The notes under the pieces were generated by a model that saw nothing but the letters and a program-made list of their open reading frames with translations, did not search any database and was not told the origin of the DNA. The position numbers and the translations under genes were made by a program. Positions 29,301 through 30,885 of a stretch of 30,885 nucleotides of DNA are shown here, in pieces (positions within the stretch are counted from its first letter, which is position 1; every line of letters begins with the position of its first letter). Location of the stretch: positions 1 to 30,885 of the forward strand of contig CAZCVC010000001.1 in NCBI GenBank assembly GCA_964502045.1, given 5' to 3'. Origin of the DNA: an uncultured Planctomycetia bacterium (lineage in GTDB: Bacteria > Omnitrophota > Gorgyraeia > 2-02-FULL-51-18).

Positions 29301-30884
29301 TTTGACGGCGTTGCCGGCATAGGCGACCGCCAGAAAATGGCGCGCGTCCCCGCGCTCGCGTCCGATCTGGGTGATGATGCCGACGATATCCTCCGCCGTG
29401 AAGCCGGCCTCCGTCAGCTCGCGCAAGACCTGAACCATCGGCGCGATCGCGCCCTGCATTTCGGCCATGTCGGCGTCGTTCACGTCGCTGCGCGTCTCAC
29501 GGTAGGCTTTGGGATAGCCGGCAAGCCGGTTCCGAAAAGATGCCCAGGTCTCCTGCGTCATGGCGCCTTCGGATATCATCGCCTGCAGTTCGTCCAAAAG
29601 GCTGTTCCAAGAGGAGCTGGTGCGTGCACCGTTCCGGTTCAGGTCCGCGTGGGCCCTTTCATGGCGCCGCGTACGCGCCGAGGCGTCATCCGAGACCGAT
29701 TCGCTTCCGTATTCGAAAGCGATGCTCAGACCCAATTCCATCGCGATGACCGTCGAGGCGCCGAACGCTTCCCGGGTTTCGCCGAGTTCCTGCATGTGCG
29801 CTTTCATGACGACGTCTCCGGACGCGTAGTCGGCGGTTTCCCAGTAAACCGTGCCCGTGGCCAGGTCAAACTTGGAGTTTTTCAACGCGTCAGTCATCAT
29901 CGCCTCGGTGACAAGGAAAGTACCCGAACCGTCCAGCGCGTCGACTTGCACGCCGGACCCGCAGATCTTTTGCAGGATCCCGCGATAGACCGTTATTTTA
30001 AGAAATTCGACGGCGCGCGCTTTCACGGCGTCGTCGCCGCTGTTCAGGCCGTTCAGGATGCGCCGGATACGCGCGTCGAATGCGTCGCGCAGGATCTGCA
30101 GTACGCGCCGCGAGGCGACGTCGGCGTCGGACTCGCTCATTCCGTAGCCGCCGGCCGTGCCCGCGGCTTCGAAGCGGGTACGCATTTCCGGAAGGATGCG
30201 GTTGTGAAGCGACCTCAGGATGTCCGTCAGGTATTTTTCGGTCGCAGCGCTGGAAAAGGATTCAAGGCCGTCGATGATCGCGGCGATAAGCTTGATGGCC
30301 GAGACGATGTCTGCGGAAGTCCAGCCGTTGAGCGCGCCGTGACGTCCGATCTTTTCTTTGAAAAAACTCAGAAGTTCCTGTTCTTCGGTCAGGGTCAGGG
30401 CCGTGCCGGTTGCCTTTTTATCGCCGATCAAACGCAGGAACCCGCCCAGCTTGGCCAAGCGTGCGGCCGCGTCGTCCGGCGCCTCGCCGGAGGCATCCGC
30501 ATCCAAAATCGCGTCAGTGCTTACGGTCAGTCCTTTGACGCGCGCCAGTCGCCGGACTTCTTCGACCGCCGCGGACGTCAGCGTGTTGTTGACGCGCAGC
30601 TTTCCGGCGGCGTCATTGCTCAGCACATTGCCGATGATCTCGCGCAACGCGCGTGCCGAATCTGTTTCGCCGGCCTTGAGCGGCTTAAGCTCTCCGGTTT
30701 TGAATATCTCCGAGGCCTCCGCGAGCGCGGATGTGGCGGCGTCGCCTTTCAGCGCTTCCCCTTCGAACACGACCTGCCCCTCCTTCAGCACGGTCCTGAA
30801 AAGACGCGGACCCTTGTCCGTGTCGAAATAAAGCAGCACTTTGCCTTTCGAGTAAAGGACCCGCTTTCCTGCAGCGACGGCCTC
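14358..30884 (-). CDS. Giant multidomain protein (gene A), at least 5,509 aa, 5'-truncated; three HExxH motifs, SecA-like ATPase, ~110-aa tandem repeats
   Basis: ORF track 14358..30839 (5493 aa). The frame stays open for 15 more codons upstream of the GTG to the window edge (EAVAAGKRVLYSKGK), so the true start is outside. Stop TAA at 14358-14360. Confidence 0.96.
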   Translation of the reverse strand, partial: EAVAAGKRVLYSKGKVLLYFDTDKGPRLFRTVLKEGQVVFEGEALKGDAATSALAEASEIFKTGELKPLKAGETDSARALREIIGNVLSNDAAGKLRVNNTLTSAAVEEVRRLARVKGLTVSTDAILDADASGEAPDDAAARLAKLGGFLRLIGDKKATGTALTLTEEQELLSFFKEKIGRHGALNGWTSADIVSAIKLIAAIIDGLESFSSAATEKYLTDILRSLHNRILPEMRTRFEAAGTAGGYGMSESDADVASRRVLQILRDAFDARIRRILNGLNSGDDAVKARAVEFLKITVYRGILQKICGSGVQVDALDGSGTFLVTEAMMTDALKNSKFDLATGTVYWETADYASGDVVMKAHMQELGETREAFGASTVIAMELGLSIAFEYGSESVSDDASARTRRHERAHADLNRNGARTSSSWNSLLDELQAMISEGAMTQETWASFRNRLAGYPKAYRETRSDVNDADMAEMQGAIAPMVQVLRELTEAGFTAEDIVGIITQIGRERGDARHFLAVAYAGNAVKYYNLSKKLDAAGIRQNAEKIQARARLMQNIAGRILDGTWTAADQQQAGQEMQQTAPAPVVQDRRPSGDLSAKSAVTPEFIRARIAAATTLLELYDVILDLEGALAVNLIGLAEFATLQKEASGAVAVALELKHGADEKTWTVWLTIFSDDFRINLDDADGADTMFTPRAAFAELSRLRLIPSASADADVADTAPADADSGPPVPGPVVEDRADADDGVPVPSLPRSPPVKLDTAEENEKLDETAQDVTPAPPASALYDRLLDFQRLLATDREKAAALLFEIIFDLINEHGQISEINFRDQLKGTGLPEEQIQALLKHLRQAVGVFRAKLIKWGKGRADSLPDDAVNQKARYELFLKVRGLGEKDTENQAVVNDCIVLLDAMQAVADGTPKTETDKFFSSAPVKALIGRMKQAIADKNLKVYNNLLLELFTGVAADGTRVFEGLEYRQGWLHSSSNLDLTQKLEAERMRLEEYQADTQRLLVEEWFKQVDKKQIRKTVMDASGENERLQLEVTFNNTDGVPKTYRLSRLGAQRQLLREDEKDAYALIEGFQNAKNETEMKAFAAQFQKFGEDRTPGPFVYHKDRDVANDKELHPDAVRSALASFFADIASLELLEKRLRKLTLDPASPKQFLDGPANTQIAMKDLDPNEKKAMAVEIARLECDIMKARKARDLATDAEIATAEGALKRAIAANAGADYLGFYTKHFLSGRVTAEQLAELQKMIRSRVPSKEKDAPDVERLVYGDESSTEENGKYGVLEMMQKLAAESMGKRFDLLRDGKLKFKDAVPVNDVTYALFERMIQLDVQLDENSTRKNLAAALANRNESEIPNSFFNLTEQEETIMTAFIFKRATGKYFMNKQLVSIAKIRDYNLAAGTGTGKTFVELAAAAQQVVRMINGRRTLQQGAVFINVPNLAIGEQFLSSDEHKRFIRMMTGGQARLGDGKTELLDRLQKDHDEEGVLRLLRGPKAEDGAEKMAGAGTDLSAKTGETGTLKEATPYKIFVIDMQSAGFLRQNSRTLNNEICEELETIIEYVDEGDSLYTNLSDYVGSIGEKEEKDMTVEEKEKVAIMKRRRREAIDQNNIRIEVNGLMMKGIDVRGERNATVERLDGTKVGIWANLNVEVTDDLQYFKENYDNSAKPIVYIKLSDRETLINEGVTEYFRKDKRLRIGADDDYRGFRLDGLDRGHLQTVVAVSLLSAGEVDGFRHVTFEKEKNRFIYVASGQLKTSQIPGDLQLLQALNHRRTQLNLETTDAVEKSKLTFAEDFNSVQVLDTSGGVSGFELFRKQGISELVEERIGRQYAKDLKKEVFGTEAAEKAWVAEWEKKNQAFMKQVVGELGEAGKEKIEEKMQEDMEKKEFGDDAAAKEEWARKWEAKNAAWIKETRTTWRRDNENFIRMASATQGEVVEFGLLMQGVGVFDVDNFKTITQSVGFDLWKGFRDRMMDKDALGRTLETPSKRFRTFERSTFAEKMQFLKNELDLFLNSQEGPRYADDVLDENGVRRGEGFLKGDLIRHEKDEVDLNGVARKKGDLRTDSSILISFNEMDDALKAGLADYIHSKGGKYSDMLEMIDGRKTSDARESDNTVKNVKKGRRIIFTDLVGTRGNDYQSDLLIVNVNQRLTGGELMQLFGRGGRFDMSKGGTYNVAWANVIDGSTISAMLNDFFQMKEAMLKFVAGPYFNLETRALFEKLARMDKETALKVLLDEKNQLDCTVFQSEWNLIQKKHQAMMRLWTAGLMYTGVTQYVVRALVAAREEDPIGNASLIKQLEGMNNEIFVKEGNTSSTEDINLSNRARTGLETAQVVFEGVIARAQKLYKDFIGSENDITASPKIKEILLEGRNKLESIERRLDRLPEPDEGRHAGNARDFAEMAALHTKFEKAFAPSQTTSEKPFENICQLIEERKSDFVQLTGETVVTFGSLTGDEVMALAAYRRDSALTTSRFSPGYMDALPTMPDDEVARDQFLSDQFERFCRDGLAFMLAKYHSGNAYDVERRQVLAMIARLEDRYVRDAMRRILNYMESNSIDVEDKVEHEVNQLNDYFEKVGQPFYLYVRVTGKGTTLLSVKQVDARQKRDLVCGPEKNVRSVEAVFWENLDGLPDELDASINVAESKGNGKFVPIYVDKIRDNVRDQMLDKANGTITALLEQIWQDYEELVGKVQAAPKTPAAPGAPPAVREKGANGLIRLTTENNLGYNWKEFEDDFKRDIRAEYTVGGVLQIPVYMINVFARKRGEQIEGLVTQINQALIGARSKRKIAEKDLAAEAKEIREKINSLQQDAEFRTKLFRRIIKDAAGRDFESLKNDKKALLDAILKAEMNMLTTHEFGHELHQLNIGSRAYRGTSSGDKEFIAHLVSMLGRDGLMALEQIYGYHSMAPDTDGWKESYKIPTLDIMQKLKGRFKDRLEAWAKHPDTPKINGKPPVLDFTDSVDRFSLSDKEKEINLEGMRNVMMGLVSIFESDGGTEFRTTVQAILNDKADEKGEPRLDFATLSLDTKDAPMRKVPTLKAALPLDNQIEDVQKMADSHILPALRAVLDRELLNPPGDDDALPWDPEFFPKTPLDTAAGGAPGKKPDDARIRKVLYAMMGMAVPAVDEDDKEFWKRLNAALGRQALALAEEVSTENLQRDDIVNFYANAIKKLAAIVDDIDWAKTTDAGFLAVVDKADLKVETVYKRAAGAAGISAARLGFGHSGNKDAYLSMKGSVVPLKAGADTERLKDTIDLARRAFGIVIVSGDDAEKAEEDLIEAGLLLNAPSQSRDGLLPLVYLEAAGSKTAYRRFARDKARTRGSSGILDKIPGIETKALDKNLTETDVLVSFFAGDPAVMTDVVAGGDLPGKLARKLVHASLISKFEKLLDDLSTENPGLSGLYSQAKSILAGYPDDPAGALAKAAAYLDKEHDKLDKKIDDQITRDDERQLKAAGRFKRWRTQARTADSRAEIKKRQNKVPKPSELKVAAKDSEGPTKDSKGPEYGLSEWATKLADILKTGTGAEQLAAVMNLFGNEKKQTVMVNGVRVKVAEWFKQFEKITDKGKVKFSMDLDGSLLSLSVTSGHSLYAATLPNASEDPLLIFKDGSPVNYVPVNVTLDDVEQRVVRIVSKTLAGVANDVYEEENAEKLAKLPDDAAREAAKDRDVTSDYITNVLKTRFNYDIDRRIEIATRLIRDQGIQPARVFQEIKADCITLRQYYALQDDEFKKTSAYMNAVAAAKKKLKEIHEGARDRAAALGRKEDAAFLGEFPDFDKQLVPISAKAWDELQIAVPDEKGRIKYQSVKKGIKEIALWGAGVVLLPADPTVTENQLLGLLLHEGGHLSVDFQNKELSEGLTEWRAREMLREIKGDSAVREYMALAGKGSDYGLYGDEVETVRGQLETKFTLTTTVGTTVVKTVDWAALDMARFTGNPALLVPGAGVEPAGTKPRFEPTHRKESDAARQLLRDAGLLVPRPDDASSIRIRDGATMTDFLAALGGDQIKMAAFFNGWSATFRGSGKALAQAALLLPKPLVDLISPIHFMSVALQAKKMGKDAAGIAKYVDDTTRQEETVEMLKDAGIIVKHPTEKDQLVLADDATLAKTAAALDDEALRMAAFFEWWNDANKGLGAFMDEAARKLSSAVRGTLHPGRFMYFAREFHKAGKDAAGAAAEIELALRQQEIFELLKAAAVCVESPDKSGGISLAPDATMTKLTEALGGDPTKIADFFETWNPANTGLGVLMARIAGLLPKNSADICPPGYFMTTVAKAHADGKDDAGIVQEVEKEVLPVLALNALKDAGVFVTDADDNAAPAADADMLKVKNALASDPRLLPAYFENYKVNKGLGPLMANVTRGLPDDIAAAFKPFEFMVLVTEANKKGKNEAAIVEIAKRSVPQRALMEELKTANIYVPHPTEKGEWVLADDVTITKLTDQFAPEPGKLAVFFELFNEANDGFGPLLMQVAGLLTKADRDTAHPLDFTGTVQTSKAEGKNADATAKDVEAKMRQRLARAELAKAGLMANPVPGVYLMNSNTNMLAVRASLAPDVRLLPAFCESYQPNKGLGPVMAEVAAALPDGVLQDMTPFEFMLLVRTAHAGGKEAPAIAAQLLGDGAIGPAIQAALLLAGVIERGPGGPDDSLDFADKIEKANVAALRTALGSDPLKLALLFESEDDNVGLGNFMAELALALPEAAAATQHPMEFMLMARDGHTAGKTIPVLVAEIVEHRRLQDLFGLVRPTLIAKNLMVEDEDGVKFTEDATLEKLAAAFSDKPGDLNIFFQAFGHSDPLSAALAGFVFTTVQNKTSIAALHPIELFEVVRMAKTADAAFPDAKVIEIVQAVLPDDATIVGVEKVFASDRKKIADFFEALKANKGAGALISEVMAAILTDIPDSKVSPDLLQRVVRDVIEKTGPDQRDAQKIKGLVLQRHRFETERRQAAEAIRAKLEAAGGVIAAGSKVPAAPLPDAKISDLIAAAGADPSQLIDAFGVFGFAVEEGAYLVKVVLKAPPTTKLSSLLTKANLFRQSGTPLQTHPLDMIIKAMDPSAQGDADDEPDDALPANPKLAEILTLTAGDLAQLEAYYQLHFPKPDDAAAPDPGLVQVTTDLTLALATAAAADAASPEAQLIAKLDFEGLVHYSIVFYRADAPFDIPAVIAAMKKDFLEPDTQAARLAAPAFAEPIAVGVIGASPDDLKALESSNFGAGVSFYAIRRAPEDRGGDTARVYLSELRSKASGQPHAAESILDPQASGLTLKAAAGLALADARDLLFLNKIRSLIGALDAVDLEETRRIWNETSLLIKKEALEPAEILKQLDALFGVEGAGMPEGGAMRAFRGLSATEAAIVPAKSAMVIEETMIAKINSGPQKELFWKIAAKTQEQGMRLRVIGQSGAGIDSRVRYDISPDRKAAITALTKAGVPPENIAFAFSAGSGDTAEAVSGRISAEKPPLSRFMVVAEDGYRDPVLFFAGYFVGENVGIGFKDETFLKKVGGRLGTVIRWLRSLDIDRALRAATRLARALAQSA
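15795..19035 (-). repeat. About ten tandem ~105-115-aa protein repeats in gene A (eight full, two degenerate)
   Basis: Units begin LLRDAG, MLKDAG, LLKAAA, ALKDAG, ELKTAN, ELAKAG, LLLAG, LIAKNL at about 330-nt spacing. They share DAT...AL..D...FFE...N.GLG.LMA...LP...HP.EFM...GK...I. Confidence 0.9.
19340..19440 (-). other. Zincin (gluzincin-like) motif 3 in gene A
   Basis: LLLHEGGH (19389-19403) followed by SEGLTEW (E at 19353-19355). Confidence 0.7.
22255..22360 (-). other. Zincin-like motif 2 in gene A
   Basis: LTTHEFGHELHQ (HEFGH 22329-22343) with downstream DKEFIAH (E at 22266-22268). Confidence 0.65.
24330..26760 (-). other. SecA-like SF2 ATPase module in gene A
   Basis: Walker A AAGTGTGKT (26664-26690), YVDEGDSL (DEGD 26193-26204), SAT (25101-25109), TDLVGTRGND (24486-24515, cf. 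SecA TNMAGRGTD), QLFGRGGR (24402-24425, cf. QLRGRAGR). Confidence 0.75.
29480..29700 (-). other. Zincin-like motif 1 in gene A
   Basis: TRRHERAHADL (HERAH 29649-29663); candidate distal Glu in DMAEMQG. Confidence 0.5.
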
Positions 30885-30885
30885 C

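Noticed and set aside
14749-30831. Numerous ORFs overlapping gene A (e.g. 16743..18305, 20157..21341, 23208..24821)
   Set aside because: Antisense or off-frame shadows of the 5,500-codon gene with no independent signals.
30837-30839. GTG at 30839 as the start of gene A
   Set aside because: The frame is open to the window edge and there is no signal peptide or N-terminal domain. The gene begins outside the window.
1-30885. rRNA, tRNA, CRISPR arrays, transposases, integrases, inteins
   Set aside because: No such sequence or structural signatures were seen. Only 344 bp is non-coding.

Overview
The window is almost entirely two tandem giant protein-coding genes on the minus strand, separated by a 344-bp AT-rich spacer. 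Gene A (14358..>30884, at least 5,509 codons, 5' end outside the window) carries three HExxH zincin-like motifs, a SecA-like SF2 ATPase module, about ten tandem ~110-aa repeats and a C-terminus ending LAQSA. Gene B (TTG at 14013 running off the left edge, at least 4,671 codons) is absent from the supplied ORF track, presumably because it has no stop in the window; I translated it by hand and found no in-frame stop. Gene B encodes a signal-peptide-like N-terminus, an EreA/ChaN/TraB(Tiki)-like domain, then a string of metabolic-enzyme-like modules: Nudix, guanylate kinase, fucokinase-like GHMP kinase, GT-B glucan phosphorylase/synthase-like, pyruvate kinase-like, Nudix, YvcK/CofD-like, Nudix. 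Several look catalytically degenerate. The most striking signal is a short [GA]ARL[AVG] peptide recurring at module junctions in both proteins, suggesting exported polyproteins with a shared processing or assembly signal. The architecture resembles the giant proteins known from Omnitrophota (inference). All domain calls are manual motif recognition, not database searches. No RNA genes, CRISPR arrays or mobile elements were seen.
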